A stretch of DNA of 64,000 nucleotides from Candidatus Kapaibacterium thiocyanatum (GCA_001899175.1 MKVH01000014.1:8907-72906); one strand, 5' to 3'; counted from the stretch's first letter, positions 36,938-47,287 are shown. Translations and numbers: made by a program. Notes: generated by a model from the sequence alone, not told the origin.

Positions 36938-37395
36938 GATCGTTCCGGATATGCGGGAATGTCGGGGCACATGTCGACGACGCCATCGGCATCCACATGT
37001 GCGCAGTAGGCCGTGAAGCCGTTCGTCAGAAGGACGTACGGCGCCTTCAGCGTGATGTTGTACCAGGCGGACTGGCGTAGCGTATCGGCGGTGACGGGGA
37101 CGCTCGGTGCCTTGCATTCGACGAGGAGGAAGGGCTTGATGTCGGAATCCACCCACAGGATGTCGTAGCGCATACCCTGCTTGTCGATCGTCCGTTCGAT
37201 GGAACCGTGCCCGATGGGATAGCATTTGTCGTTGATGAGCCAGTTGATGACGTGCTGTCTGACCCACTCTTCGGGTGTCAGCACGACGTACTGTTTACGG
37301 ATGACGTCGAAGATGCGCACCGTACCGTCCTCGGTCCGCACGCGAGGTGCGATCGGAGGGAAGATGAGGGACGGTAGTGCGATCAACTCAGACAT
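36934..37395 (-). CDS. Type I restriction enzyme HsdR N-terminal-domain-containing small protein
   Basis: 153 aa. …[27 protein letters not shown]…[14 protein letters not shown]… matches the HsdR_N (PF13588-like) stand-alone domain common in FCB genomes. Its stop overlaps the pyrC start by 4 bp. Confidence 0.65.
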   Translation of the reverse strand: MSELIALPSLIFPPIAPRVRTEDGTVRIFDVIRKQYVVLTPEEWVRQHVINWLINDKCYPIGHGSIERTIDKQGMRYDILWVDSDIKPFLLVECKAPSVPVTADTLRQSAWYNITLKAPYVLLTNGFTAYCAHVDADGVVDMCPDIPAYPERS

Positions 37396-38089
37396 GAAGA
37401 GGATCCGGCGTCAGCATGGCGAAGAGGGCTCCGATGGCTTGCTGGACGTTGTCGTGGACGTCGACGATGGACGCTTCCATCATGTAGCACGGTGCCGTGA
37501 TGATGTTGTTGCCGGCATCGATCGTGACTTCATGGACGGAATTCATATGCGTTCGTGCATCAAGTTTCTCCATGCCTGCGTTGACCTCGGCGATATCGTA
37601 GGGCGAAGCCTCTTCCGTCGTTCCGACGGTCAGATGCGGCTTGACGCCGGATCCTTCGAGAGCTTTCGCGATGACGGTAGGTCCCATGCAGAGACCGACG
37701 ACCGGTTTTCCTGCGTGGACCATGGAGACGATGAGGTTCTTCACGGCAGGCAGGATCGTCCCATCGGGACCATCGAAGGCCCATGAGGTGAGATTCTTCG
37801 CATCGCCGAATCCACCGGGAATGACGAGCGCATCGATCTCGTCGATCGTGATATCGGCAACGTTCCGGATGTCGCCGCGGGCGATGCGCGCCGCCTCCGT
37901 GAGGACATTACGCTGCTCCGGCATTTCGTTGCCGGTACGATGGTCGATGACGTGATGCTGTCGTACGTCCGGAGCCAAGCACAACGATGTCCCTCCACGT
38001 TGACCGATGGCCAGCATGGTGAAGACCGATTCCTGGATTTCCGCGCCGTCGTAGACGCCGCAGCCTGAGAGAAGTATGCCGATGGTCAT
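37388..38089 (-). CDS. elbB: Isoprenoid biosynthesis glyoxalase ElbB (DJ-1/PfpI superfamily)
   Basis: MTIGILLSGCGVYDGAEIQESVFTMLAI…LVIPGGFGDAKNL… parallels E. coli ElbB (MKKIGVILSGCGVYDGSEIHEAVLTLLAI…LIVPGGFGAAKNL). Confidence 0.85.
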   Translation of the reverse strand: MTIGILLSGCGVYDGAEIQESVFTMLAIGQRGGTSLCLAPDVRQHHVIDHRTGNEMPEQRNVLTEAARIARGDIRNVADITIDEIDALVIPGGFGDAKNLTSWAFDGPDGTILPAVKNLIVSMVHAGKPVVGLCMGPTVIAKALEGSGVKPHLTVGTTEEASPYDIAEVNAGMEKLDARTHMNSVHEVTIDAGNNIITAPCYMMEASIVDVHDNVQQAIGALFAMLTPDPLHV

Positions 38090-38143
38090 GGTATTCTGTC
38101 GATGGTGATGATGTCGTCTGTTGGAGCTGGCGGCGGGCAGGAC

Positions 38144-38416
38144 TCATCGTCGTCCGGTCCGCATCATATCCTTCGTCTTCTTCGTGAACATGTAGACGAT
38201 GAAGAGAAAGGCCACGCCGTTGGCCCAGATGATACTGACGTCGGAACGGATGATGCCGTAGAGCAGCCAGAGAAGGCTGCCACAGAGCATCAGGCCGAGC
38301 ATGCCGATGCTGAGCTGATCGACGGCCTGCGTACGCCATACCTTGAAGGCCTGTGGCGCCAGTGCGAAGGTGGAGCAACTGCCGGCCATCAGACCGAGAA
38401 TCGTAACGTCATCCAT
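38144..38416 (-). CDS. SemiSWEET / PQ-loop (MtN3-like) small sugar transporter
   Basis: 90 aa with three TM helices and a PQ-like motif (…FALAPQAFKVWRTQ…). Confidence 0.65.
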   Translation of the reverse strand: MDDVTILGLMAGSCSTFALAPQAFKVWRTQAVDQLSIGMLGLMLCGSLLWLLYGIIRSDVSIIWANGVAFLFIVYMFTKKTKDMMRTGRR

Positions 38417-39188
38417 GGAACGTCAATCGATGGTAGGCAGCCGTGATACGTTCGGGATGATTGCTCACCACGGCCTGGATGCCGTACGACAGTGCCTTGC
38501 GGAGATCGTCTTCCGTGTTGACGGTATAGACGCCGACAGGAAGTCCGTGAGCACGGGCATCGTTGGCGCGCGCGTGGGTGAGCTCCTGAAGCGAGCAGCC
38601 GTAGGCATCGGCTCCGCAAGCGCGTACCACTTCGCTGGGCATGCGCTTGTCGCCGGGAACGTTGATGGCGACGGTATGGAGCGTATTGTCGATCGACTTC
38701 ACGAGAGCCAACGTGCGATGATCGAACGAGGCGAAGGCCATGAACGGTCCGATGCCGACCCGATGGACGAGTGCGACGAGGTCGTGGATATCCTGAACGG
38801 TCGATGGGTCGTCGTCCTGCATCGGCTTCAATTCGATGTTGAGATAGGCGCGCCCCTCGAGTGCGGACAACGCTTCGCTCAGCAGGGGCACACGTTCACC
38901 CGTGAACAGCGGCGAGAACCAGGAACCTGCGTCGAGCTTGCGGAGGTCGGCGAGCGGTGTACGGCGTACGTAGCCATGACCGTTCGTGGTGCGGCCGAGT
39001 ATGGCGTCGTGGAATACGACGAGTTCGTGATCGGCCGTCGTCTGCACATCGAGTTCTACCATACGTGCGCCACCTTCCACGGCCATACGTAGTGCGGCGA
39101 GGGTATTCTCCGGTGCCATGCCGGAAGCGCCGCGGTGGGCGACGACGAAGAATGGTGTGGACCGGACGAATCGTGCGAGTGGAATCAC
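38409..39188 (-). CDS. Glycerophosphodiester phosphodiesterase (GDPD family)
   Basis: …FFVVAHRGASGMAPENTLAALRMAVEGGARMVELDVQTTADHELVVFHD… is the GDPD catalytic signature. The Met-initiated ORF (to 39413) would overlap fmt by >100 bp. A GTG at 39188-39186 overlaps the fmt stop as GTGA and gives a family-typical ~260-aa protein. The start is uncertain. Confidence 0.7.
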   Translation of the reverse strand: MIPLARFVRSTPFFVVAHRGASGMAPENTLAALRMAVEGGARMVELDVQTTADHELVVFHDAILGRTTNGHGYVRRTPLADLRKLDAGSWFSPLFTGERVPLLSEALSALEGRAYLNIELKPMQDDDPSTVQDIHDLVALVHRVGIGPFMAFASFDHRTLALVKSIDNTLHTVAINVPGDKRMPSEVVRACGADAYGCSLQELTHARANDARAHGLPVGVYTVNTEDDLRKALSYGIQAVVSNHPERITAAYHRLTFHG

Positions 39189-40105
39189 GCAAATGTTCCT
39201 TCGACGGGGCCGCGATAGCCACGAAGCATGTCGGTCGTCTGCATGCGCTTCTTGCCGGGAGTCTGGATCTCGCTCAACAGCAATGCACCATCGGCACATC
39301 CTGCGAGCAGGCCATACGGCGTCATGCGAAACGTTCCCATCGGACATGTTTCGTCTGCGGGTGCGGCGTGATAGATCTTGAGTACTTCGCCGTTCCAGTG
39401 CGTCCATGCGCATGGTACGGGCGAAAGGCCATGGATGAAGTTACGCACATCGTGCCGTTGTTTCGTCCAGTCGATCCGGCTCGTCTCGCGGAATACCTTC
39501 GGCGCTGGCGAGGCCAGCGATTCCAGTTGCAGGATGGGAGCCGTCGTGCCGTCCAGGAGCATCCGCACGGTCTGTACGGCACAGTCCGCGGCCAGCGGCA
39601 TCAGACGGGCATAGAGCTCGCCTGCCGTCATGCCGTCGGGAACGTCGCAGCGTTCCTGCAGGAGGATGTTGCCGGTATCCACGACGTCGTTGAGTAAAAA
39701 GCTGGTAACACCCGATTCCCGGTCGCCGTTGATGATGGCATGATTGATCGGTGCCGCACCACGGTAACGGGGCAGAAGGGAGGCATGGACGTTGAAGGCG
39801 CCGAGGCGGGCCATCGTATAGATGGTGCGGGGAAGGATACGGAATGCGATCACGCACAGGATATCGGGTTCGAGGGCGGCCAGTGTCTCGGCGAAGGCGG
39901 GGTCCTTCAGCGACGCGGGCTGAAGAATCGTGTCGATGCCGAGATCCAGGGCTGCCCGCTTGACCTCGGACGGCTGTACGTTGAGTCCGCGTCCTCGTGC
40001 CTTGTCGGGAATGGTGACGACTGCGCGGACACCGAATCCGGTATGCAGGGCCTGCAGTGCGGGTACGGCGAATTCAGGCGTTCCCATGAAGATGATCGAG
40101 GACAT
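39185..40105 (-). CDS. fmt: Methionyl-tRNA formyltransferase
   Basis: MSSIIFMGTPEFAVPALQAL…DILCVIAFRILP…FNVHASLLPRYRGAAPINHAII… are classic Fmt motifs. 306 aa. Confidence 0.9.
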   Translation of the reverse strand: MSSIIFMGTPEFAVPALQALHTGFGVRAVVTIPDKARGRGLNVQPSEVKRAALDLGIDTILQPASLKDPAFAETLAALEPDILCVIAFRILPRTIYTMARLGAFNVHASLLPRYRGAAPINHAIINGDRESGVTSFLLNDVVDTGNILLQERCDVPDGMTAGELYARLMPLAADCAVQTVRMLLDGTTAPILQLESLASPAPKVFRETSRIDWTKQRHDVRNFIHGLSPVPCAWTHWNGEVLKIYHAAPADETCPMGTFRMTPYGLLAGCADGALLLSEIQTPGKKRMQTTDMLRGYRGPVEGTFA

Positions 40106-40107
40106 GG

Positions 40108-40685
40108 TCAGCCGTGCATCGTTGGTTGATTCGTGAGGTTGCCGACGATGGACGCCTCGATGGCGCCGAACTCCGTCAGGCGCTGCTTGACGACGTCATG
40201 CGGGAAGTACTCGCGGGCGATGTCGGTATAGGCTCTGTAGTGTCCGGCTTCCGATGCCAGCAACGATCTGTACAAGGTTCGCAGCACGTCCGTGTCGGCA
40301 TGCTCCGCGAGCAGGGAGAACCGCTCGCACGAACGGGCTTCGATGAAGGCGCCGACGATGAGAGAGTCGAGCAGCCTGTATGGTTCCGCCGTACGGATGT
40401 GTTCGTGCAAGGCCTTGGCGTAGGCATTTCCCGTATCGGGTGTCAGTGTGATACTCCGTTGTTCGAGTTCACGAACGACGAGGTCGAAGTGTTCGATCTC
40501 TTCCTTGGCGAGATCGATCATGTCCTTCACGAGACGCATGCGGTCCGGATACCTGTTGATCATGGCCAGGGCAAAGGCTGCAGCCTTCTTCTCGCAATGG
40601 GCATGGTCGATCAGTATCTGTGCATGATGGGCATTGGCCACGGCCACCCATCCCGGATTGCTTTCACATTGGAGGCAGAGCATGG
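40108..40685 (-). CDS. miaE: tRNA-(ms2io6A37)-hydroxylase MiaE (ferritin-like di-iron)
   Basis: MLCLQCESNPGWVAVANAHHAQILIDHAHCEKKAAAFA…FIEARSCERF… matches the MiaE family. It is ~192 aa from Met72 of the track ORF. Confidence 0.7.
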
Positions 40686-40817
40686 GACAAAGATATGACC
40701 GAAGCGAGCCATGGCGGGTATGTAATATGCTCCGGCCGCACGTGGACACGACGGCGCCGCCGTATCCGTTCGGACAGGGCGGCGTCATGGATCCGTTCCG
40801 TGGTACGAAGGTATCTC

Positions 40818-42119
40818 CTACTTCAGGAGTTCCAGGGCCTTCTGTACGATACCGGCGAATCTGGCGTCGTCCACGGGTTCCTTCGTATTCATCCACGAAC
40901 AGGAGATCGAATACCAGTCCCCGTCGGTCGCGCGAAGGAGGTAGGTCATATTGATGACGCCGGGCTCGGAGCCGCCCTTGTAGCCTGCATAGCTCCAGCG
41001 ACGTTCGTCAACCGTGACTCCCTTGTTGATGCCGAGGACTCCGAGAACGGGAGAGAGCTTCGGCTTGTCGGCCTGCATGCGGAGCCAGTTCATGGCCTTC
41101 GTGAGATCGGGCGTGGTGGCGAACCATTCGACCTTGTCCGGTATCACCACCTTGTCGGCCATGGCTACGTCGGACAGGGGAAGGGGAGCTATTTCCTTGC
41201 CGAGCATGTCCATGCGTTGTTTCGCATCGAGGGAAGCGTATCGTTGGGCACGGGAAGCGTCTTCGGTGAACTTGATGAGGAACATGTCACGCGTCGTCAT
41301 GAACGGACTGTTGAGTACGGATTGCCTGTGCCCCATGACCGCCTGGATGGCTTCCACCTTGTCGCGTCCGAGATGGAGAAGGAGATGATCCGTTGCCGTG
41401 TTGTCGGAAATGCTGATCATCAGCGATGCGAGCGTGTGGAGCGTGACGGGTGAGCCATGTGGCCACTTCTGCAGGATGCCTGACGGTAACGAGAACCTGT
41501 TCGAATCGAGAGCGATGACTTCGTCCCATCGATGCTGCCCTGCATCGATGCTCCGCACGAGCTCGCCCAGAATGTAGAGCTTGAAGGTACTGCCGATCGG
41601 CAGTGCCGCATCGGGATTGTAGGAGGCGACGGTCGTTCCCTTCGTCAGATTGACGGCATGGAGTGACGTCGTACCGGGGAAGGTCTTGAGATCGGCCAGG
41701 AGGCTGTCCATCGTGGCGACGTTCTTCGACGGCGGACGCAGCATGAGGCCGGAAATGCGGTGAGGCGGTTGCGATTCGATACGGATGTCGACGGGGACAG
41801 TGTATCCGCCCGACGTCTGCATGGCCGTCGAAGCTGCCCATTCACCTTCGCGCTTCGTCAATGCCCATCCCGTGCACGTTCCTGCCATCGTCTGAAGCTG
41901 CTGGATACCGGCCAGGAGTCGTGGGATCGGGACTGCCTTGACGAATTCGTTCGTGAACATGGTGTCGAGACCACCGGGCATCGGCGTGAAGGACGTGCAG
42001 AGCTGATCCATACGTCTGCTCAGGGGGTCCCCTCCGGATGCCGGTTCCAGGGCGAACGCCGAACCGGCGCCGACGACGCAGGAAATTCCGATGATAAACG
42101 AACGTAGCATCCGGGGCAT
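40818..42119 (-). CDS. Class A beta-lactamase-related serine hydrolase (secreted)
   Basis: SxxK (IGSTFKLYIL), SDN (ISISDNTATD) and a C-terminal KTG-like region. Signal peptide MLRSFIIGISCVVGAGSAFA. The start is chosen at Met51 with GGAGA 6 nt upstream; the ORF extends to 42269. Confidence 0.7.
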   Translation of the reverse strand: MPRMLRSFIIGISCVVGAGSAFALEPASGGDPLSRRMDQLCTSFTPMPGGLDTMFTNEFVKAVPIPRLLAGIQQLQTMAGTCTGWALTKREGEWAASTAMQTSGGYTVPVDIRIESQPPHRISGLMLRPPSKNVATMDSLLADLKTFPGTTSLHAVNLTKGTTVASYNPDAALPIGSTFKLYILGELVRSIDAGQHRWDEVIALDSNRFSLPSGILQKWPHGSPVTLHTLASLMISISDNTATDHLLLHLGRDKVEAIQAVMGHRQSVLNSPFMTTRDMFLIKFTEDASRAQRYASLDAKQRMDMLGKEIAPLPLSDVAMADKVVIPDKVEWFATTPDLTKAMNWLRMQADKPKLSPVLGVLGINKGVTVDERRWSYAGYKGGSEPGVINMTYLLRATDGDWYSISCSWMNTKEPVDDARFAGIVQKALELLK

Positions 42120-42330
42120 GAACGTCTCCATAGTGGTGGATGGAACTGGCATGATTTTTACTTCCTGAAGAACATGCAATATACCGTGCATCATCTTCCG
42201 TGTATCTCCAAGCTGGACGCCGTCAACCCGGTGTCGTGCGTCGTCGTGTTCGACGTGGAACCGATACATAGGAGAATTGCCGGATACGGATAGAAGAACA
42301 GACTAGTTACGTGCAGACCGAGGCGATTCT

Positions 42331-42370
42331 CCGAACCAGGGGAATCGCCTCGTTGTTTTTTCAGGAGGGA
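42331..42370 (+). terminator. Intrinsic-terminator-like hairpin plus T-tract in the 5' leader of the MFS transporter gene
   Basis: GAGGCGATTC-tccgaaccagg-GGAATCGCCTC is an 11-bp perfect stem. It is followed by GTTGTTTTTC, then AGGAGGG and ATG. There is no upstream + strand gene to terminate. Confidence 0.4.
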
Positions 42371-42372
42371 TC

Positions 42373-43605
42373 ATGGAACGAAGGGTACGCTTGAAAAGGA
42401 ACATCACGTTGCTGCGGATCCTGCAGATCGTGCGTTCATTCACACTCACCATTCCGATCATCGTCATTTTCTACAAGTCGGCGGGGATGTCGATCCAGGA
42501 CGTCATGCTGCTGCAGGCCATTTTCGCCGCCATCATCGTCGTGGTCGAAGTACCGTCCGGCTATTTCTCCGACGTTCTCGGACGACGGAAGACGCTCATG
42601 ATCGGAAGTATCTTCGTGGTCGCGGGGTGGGCCTACTATACCGTCGCATCGTCGTTCGGCGGCTTCTTCGTGGCCGAGCTCCTGCTCGGCATAGGATTCA
42701 GTTTCCATTCGGGAACGGATTCGGCATTGCTCTACGATACGTTGCTCGAACTCGGTACGACGGAGCGCAGCGTGCGTGAAGAGGGGGCCCAGCTTTCGGC
42801 GGGGAATTTCGCAGAAGCCGTGGCCGGTGTACTCGGTGGCCTGCTGGCGGGTATTTCCCTGATCACACCGTTCCATGCACAGGCCATCGTGACCATCGTG
42901 CTTCTGCCTGCATCCTGGATGCTCGTCGAACCCATCGTCCATCGTACGGAGGGAAGGGCCGCGAGCATGCGGGACGTGCTGGCCACGGTACACGATGCCA
43001 TGGTGAAGAATGCCGAGCTGCGATGGATCATCATCGCAGGGTCCATCATGGGAGCCTCGACGTTGACGATGGTCTGGCTGCTCCAGCCCTACATGTTGAA
43101 CGTGGGAGTACCCGTGGCCTGGTTCGGCGTCATCTGGGCCTCGCTGAATGGACTGGTCGGTGTGTTCGCCCTGCGCGCCCATACGCTGCAGGAGCGTTTC
43201 GGTGACCGGTCGACGGTCGTCCTGCTCGCCATCGCCGTCGCGATCGGCTATGCGGTACTCGGTACGTGGTCCACGTGGATCGTCCTGCCCGTCGTCGTCG
43301 GCTTCTACTTCGCGCGTGGTGTCGGCAACCCCGTCTTCGCATCGGCCATCAACGTCCGTGTGGCGAGTGAGCGACGCGCGACCGTGCTGTCCGTCCGACA
43401 GCTGGGGATGCGCGTGATCTTCATGATCGTCGGTCCCGTCGTGGGATGGGTGAACGACAACGTATCGATGAGTGTGGCGCTCTACGTTTCCGCGCTCGTG
43501 TTCGGAATGTCGTCCCTTGTCGCCGTGTGGCTGTGGGGACGCAGTCAGCGTACGTCGAACGGTACGCTGACCTCGAACGTGGAGGTGAACAGTCGCATCA
43601 CGTAG
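42373..43605 (+). CDS. MFS transporter
   Basis: 410 aa, 12 TM helices. Strong SD (AGGAGGG) 5 nt before ATG. Confidence 0.8.
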   Translation: MERRVRLKRNITLLRILQIVRSFTLTIPIIVIFYKSAGMSIQDVMLLQAIFAAIIVVVEVPSGYFSDVLGRRKTLMIGSIFVVAGWAYYTVASSFGGFFVAELLLGIGFSFHSGTDSALLYDTLLELGTTERSVREEGAQLSAGNFAEAVAGVLGGLLAGISLITPFHAQAIVTIVLLPASWMLVEPIVHRTEGRAASMRDVLATVHDAMVKNAELRWIIIAGSIMGASTLTMVWLLQPYMLNVGVPVAWFGVIWASLNGLVGVFALRAHTLQERFGDRSTVVLLAIAVAIGYAVLGTWSTWIVLPVVVGFYFARGVGNPVFASAINVRVASERRATVLSVRQLGMRVIFMIVGPVVGWVNDNVSMSVALYVSALVFGMSSLVAVWLWGRSQRTSNGTLTSNVEVNSRIT

Positions 43606-44735
43606 TTACCGGCAGGCTTGTTCCGCATGTCGAGCGTACGTTCGACAAGACCCGATTCCGCCGCATCGTTCTCGATCTCGATCACGCGCCATCCGAAGGG
43701 ATTGGTGACGTAGAGCATGATGTGCTGCTGCTCGGGGATGGTATAGCGGATGCGGAAGTAGTTCGCGGTGTCGGCGTCCATCGTCACGGACATCGATGGG
43801 CGCCGTACGTCGCGGAGTTGCTCGACGTCGGCCTTCGAGCCTACGCGTGAATAGAAGTAGATGCGCGGTGTCCACGTGGAATCCGTCTGCTCGCTGACGG
43901 TATAGTATCCGCTGCCGTCCGCGGACCAGGTGATGCTTTCACCCTGCGTTTCGGGCATGTATTCGAGGGTGTCGGGTTGACGGGCGAACATCGACCGGAA
44001 CGATTCGCCCCGCTCGACGTCGCGTTTCCAATGGAAGACGTTGATGTAGTTCTTGACCAGCACTTCCCGTCCATCGGGGGAGACATCTCCTGCGACGGCG
44101 AGATAGAAGGGGAGTTCACCAACGAACTCGAGCGTGTCGACCACGCCCGTCCGCTGCGGATAGGCCGCACGATAGATACGGTTCCTGCGTTCGCGTTTGC
44201 TGATGACGTAGAGATCGCCCGTCGTGGGATCGGACAGCAACGTCTCCGCATCGCGGGCACCATCGGGATAGGCGAACTCGAGTTTATCGGCCGTTGCCGA
44301 CATCTTCGAGGCCGCGATCTTCGGTTCTTCCAGACGATAGACGACGATCGTCGGGGCCTTGGCCTCGTTATCGCCGATTTCGCCGATATAGAGATAGGAA
44401 CGTCCTTCGTTCGGCCCCGGACCTATGGCGATGTCTTCCCAGTCGCGATTCGTGGCATTGTCGATCTTCACTTCGGACAGCAGGTTCCCCTTGTCGTCGA
44501 TCGCGAAGATCCGCGCCTCGTCGCCCGAATCGTTCAGCGCCCACAGAACACCGTCCTGCATCCTGGACGCGATCAGTCCGGATGCCTCGTTGATGACGAC
44601 CGGGAGCTTCCCCGTCTGCATGAGGACGAAGTACGGCCGCTCCGATGGTTCCGGAGAGGATGTGCAACCTGCCGCATGCATGGTGGCGAGCATGCATAGG
44701 GCGACGATCGGGACGATGACGTTCTTCATGGTCAT
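43545..44735 (-). CDS. Secreted lipoprotein-like beta-propeller protein with T9SS C-terminal sorting domain
   Basis: N-terminus MTMKNVIVPIVALCMLATMHAAGC (lipobox). The C-terminal ~80 aa …YFRIRYTIPEQQHIMLYVTNPFGWRVIEIEN…AGNYVMRLFTSTFEVSVPFDVR is T9SS-CTD-like. Its 3' end overlaps the MFS gene convergently by 61 bp. Confidence 0.55.
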   Translation of the reverse strand: MTMKNVIVPIVALCMLATMHAAGCTSSPEPSERPYFVLMQTGKLPVVINEASGLIASRMQDGVLWALNDSGDEARIFAIDDKGNLLSEVKIDNATNRDWEDIAIGPGPNEGRSYLYIGEIGDNEAKAPTIVVYRLEEPKIAASKMSATADKLEFAYPDGARDAETLLSDPTTGDLYVISKRERRNRIYRAAYPQRTGVVDTLEFVGELPFYLAVAGDVSPDGREVLVKNYINVFHWKRDVERGESFRSMFARQPDTLEYMPETQGESITWSADGSGYYTVSEQTDSTWTPRIYFYSRVGSKADVEQLRDVRRPSMSVTMDADTANYFRIRYTIPEQQHIMLYVTNPFGWRVIEIENDAAESGLVERTLDMRNKPAGNYVMRLFTSTFEVSVPFDVR

Positions 44736-47287
44736 CAGGCAACGATGAGGTTGACGAGTTTGCCCTTCACGATGATGCGCTTCACGATCGTCTTGCCATC
44801 GATCATGCGTTGCACGTTCTCGTCAGCCAGTGCAGCCTGTTCCATTGCCGCCTCATCGGCATCGGCGTCGATGACGGCCTTGCCGCGAACCTTCGAATTG
44901 ACCTGCAGGACGATCTCGACTTCACTCTGGACGAGTTTGGCTTCGTCGACGATGGGGAAGGATGCGAGATGGACCGACGTCGCATGACCGAGTTTCTGCC
45001 AGAGTTCTTCCGTGATGTGCGGTGCGAAGGGAGCGAGGCAGAGAACGAACTGTTCCATGGCGATGCGTGGACGTATGTCCACGGCCGTGAACTCGTTCAC
45101 GAAGATCATGAACTGGGCGATGGCGGTATTGAAGCTGAGGGTATCGATGTCCTGCCTTGTCTTCCTGATCGTTGAATGCAGCACGAAGTCCTGCTGTTTG
45201 TTGCACGGCACGTCCTGTACCGACGGATGGAGGGTTCCTTCCTCCGTCACGATCAGTCGCCATGCGCGGTTGAGGAACCGTGAAATCCCTTCCACACCCT
45301 TCGTATTCCACGGCTTGGACGCTTCGAGCGGTCCGAGGAACATTTCGTAGAGGCGGAGTGCATCGGCTCCGTATTCGGCGACGATATCGTCGGGATTGAC
45401 GACGTTGCCGAGTGACTTGGACATCTTCCGTCCGTCCTCACCCATGATGAGGCCCTGATGGAAGACCCGTTTGAACGGCTCCGGCGTCGAGACGTAGCCG
45501 TAGTCGAAGAGGACCTTATGCCAGAAGCGGGCATAGAGCAGGTGTAGCACTGCGTGTTCGCTGCCCCCGATATAGAGGTCCACGCCGGTTGCGCCCATCC
45601 AGTAGCGCTCCTTGTCGGTAGCGCAGAAGGTGGCATCGTTGTGCGGGTCGCAGTACCGGAGGTAGTACCAGCACGATCCAGCCCATTGCGGCATCGTATT
45701 CGTTTCGAAGCGTGCACGCTTGCCCGTCTTCGCGTCCACGAAGTCGATCCATTCCGGTACGGTCGCCAGCGGAGACTCGCCCGTGCCAGCAGGTTTGAAG
45801 TTCTTCACGTCGGGCAGGATGAGCGGGAGCTCGTCCGCATCGAGTGCGCGGCGGCTTCCATCTTCGAAGAACATGATGGGAATCGGCTCACCCCAGTAGC
45901 GTTGACGCGAAAACAACCAGTCGCGAAGCTTGTACTGGATCCGTCGTGCGCCGATGCCTTGGGCCTCGACCCATGCGATGAGGGCTGCCTTCGCGGCAGC
46001 CGTATCGAGGCCGTTCAGCGAGACGTCGGTATTCATCGAATTCACGCCGATCCCGGCATCGGAGAACGGAGCTTCGGCAACGTCGATCACCGTGCCGTCG
46101 GCAGGGGTCACAACCTGGACGATCTGAAGGCCGAAGGCGCGTGCGAACTCGTGATCACGCCCGTCATGCCCCGGAACGGCCATGATGGCTCCCGTTCCGT
46201 AATGTGCCAGGACGTAGTCGGCGATCCAGATTGGGATGAGCTGGCCACTGGCCGGATTGACGGCATAGGCACCGGTGAAGACGCCGGTCTTGTTCTTGTT
46301 CAGTTCCGTACGTTCGAGGTCGCTCTTGAACGAAGCGGCTTCGCGATAGCCGAGCACTTCACCGCGACGATTCTCACTGACGATATATTCAATGAGTGGA
46401 TGTTCCGGAGCCAGTACGAGGTAGGTGGCTCCGAAGATCGTATCCGGACGCGTAGTGAAGACCGTGATGGTATGATCCGTTCCATCGACGCCGAAGCATA
46501 CGTCGGCGCCTTCGCTGCGGCCGATCCAGTTACGCTGCATGTCCATGGTGGACGACGGCCATTCCAGCCCGTCGAGGTCCTGCAGCAGACGCTCAGCGTA
46601 GGCCGTGATCCGCAGCATCCATTGACGCATCGGACGCCGTTCGACGGTATAGCCCTTCTCCTTCCATTCATCGACTTCCTCGTTCGCGAGTACCGTTCCG
46701 AGTTCCTCGCACCAGTTCACGGGAATCGACGCGATGAAGGCCAGCCTCTTGCCGTCCTTGTAGAGTTCGATCTCGAGAGGATCTACGATGTCGGCCGGTA
46801 TCGGCAGTTCATCGATATGTCGTGCGCGCCCGGCTGACTCGTCGTACCATGAATTGTAGATCATGAGGAACATCCACTGCGTCCAGCGATAGTAGGACGG
46901 TAGCGTGGTGTTCACTTCGCGGCTCCAGTCGTAGTCGAAGCCGACCAGATTCAACTGGCGTTTGAAGTTGCCGACGTTCTGTTCGGTAGCGACGGACGGG
47001 TGGATACCCGTCGTCATCGAATAGCGCTCGGTAGGCAGGCCGAAGGCATCGAATCCCATCGGATGCAGGACGTTGTATCCGCACATGCGCTTGAACCGCG
47101 ACACGATGTCCGTGGCCGTATATCCTTCCGGATGGCCGATATGGAGGCCTGCGCCGGATGGGTAGGGGAACATGTCGAGCACGTAGTACTTCGGACGCGA
47201 CGTATCGTCGGATACCCGATAGACGTTCGTGTCGATCCAGTTCTGTTGCCACTTGCGTTCGATGTCGGAAAACGGATAGAAGGACAT
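44735..47287 (-). CDS. leuS: Leucine--tRNA ligase
   Basis: From Met92 of the track ORF: MSFYPFSDIERKWQQNWID…YYVLDMFPYPSGAGLHIGHPEGYTATDI… (HIGH motif) and …KMSKSLGNVV… (KMSKS). ~850 aa. Confidence 0.9.
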   Translation of the reverse strand: MSFYPFSDIERKWQQNWIDTNVYRVSDDTSRPKYYVLDMFPYPSGAGLHIGHPEGYTATDIVSRFKRMCGYNVLHPMGFDAFGLPTERYSMTTGIHPSVATEQNVGNFKRQLNLVGFDYDWSREVNTTLPSYYRWTQWMFLMIYNSWYDESAGRARHIDELPIPADIVDPLEIELYKDGKRLAFIASIPVNWCEELGTVLANEEVDEWKEKGYTVERRPMRQWMLRITAYAERLLQDLDGLEWPSSTMDMQRNWIGRSEGADVCFGVDGTDHTITVFTTRPDTIFGATYLVLAPEHPLIEYIVSENRRGEVLGYREAASFKSDLERTELNKNKTGVFTGAYAVNPASGQLIPIWIADYVLAHYGTGAIMAVPGHDGRDHEFARAFGLQIVQVVTPADGTVIDVAEAPFSDAGIGVNSMNTDVSLNGLDTAAAKAALIAWVEAQGIGARRIQYKLRDWLFSRQRYWGEPIPIMFFEDGSRRALDADELPLILPDVKNFKPAGTGESPLATVPEWIDFVDAKTGKRARFETNTMPQWAGSCWYYLRYCDPHNDATFCATDKERYWMGATGVDLYIGGSEHAVLHLLYARFWHKVLFDYGYVSTPEPFKRVFHQGLIMGEDGRKMSKSLGNVVNPDDIVAEYGADALRLYEMFLGPLEASKPWNTKGVEGISRFLNRAWRLIVTEEGTLHPSVQDVPCNKQQDFVLHSTIRKTRQDIDTLSFNTAIAQFMIFVNEFTAVDIRPRIAMEQFVLCLAPFAPHITEELWQKLGHATSVHLASFPIVDEAKLVQSEVEIVLQVNSKVRGKAVIDADADEAAMEQAALADENVQRMIDGKTIVKRIIVKGKLVNLIVA

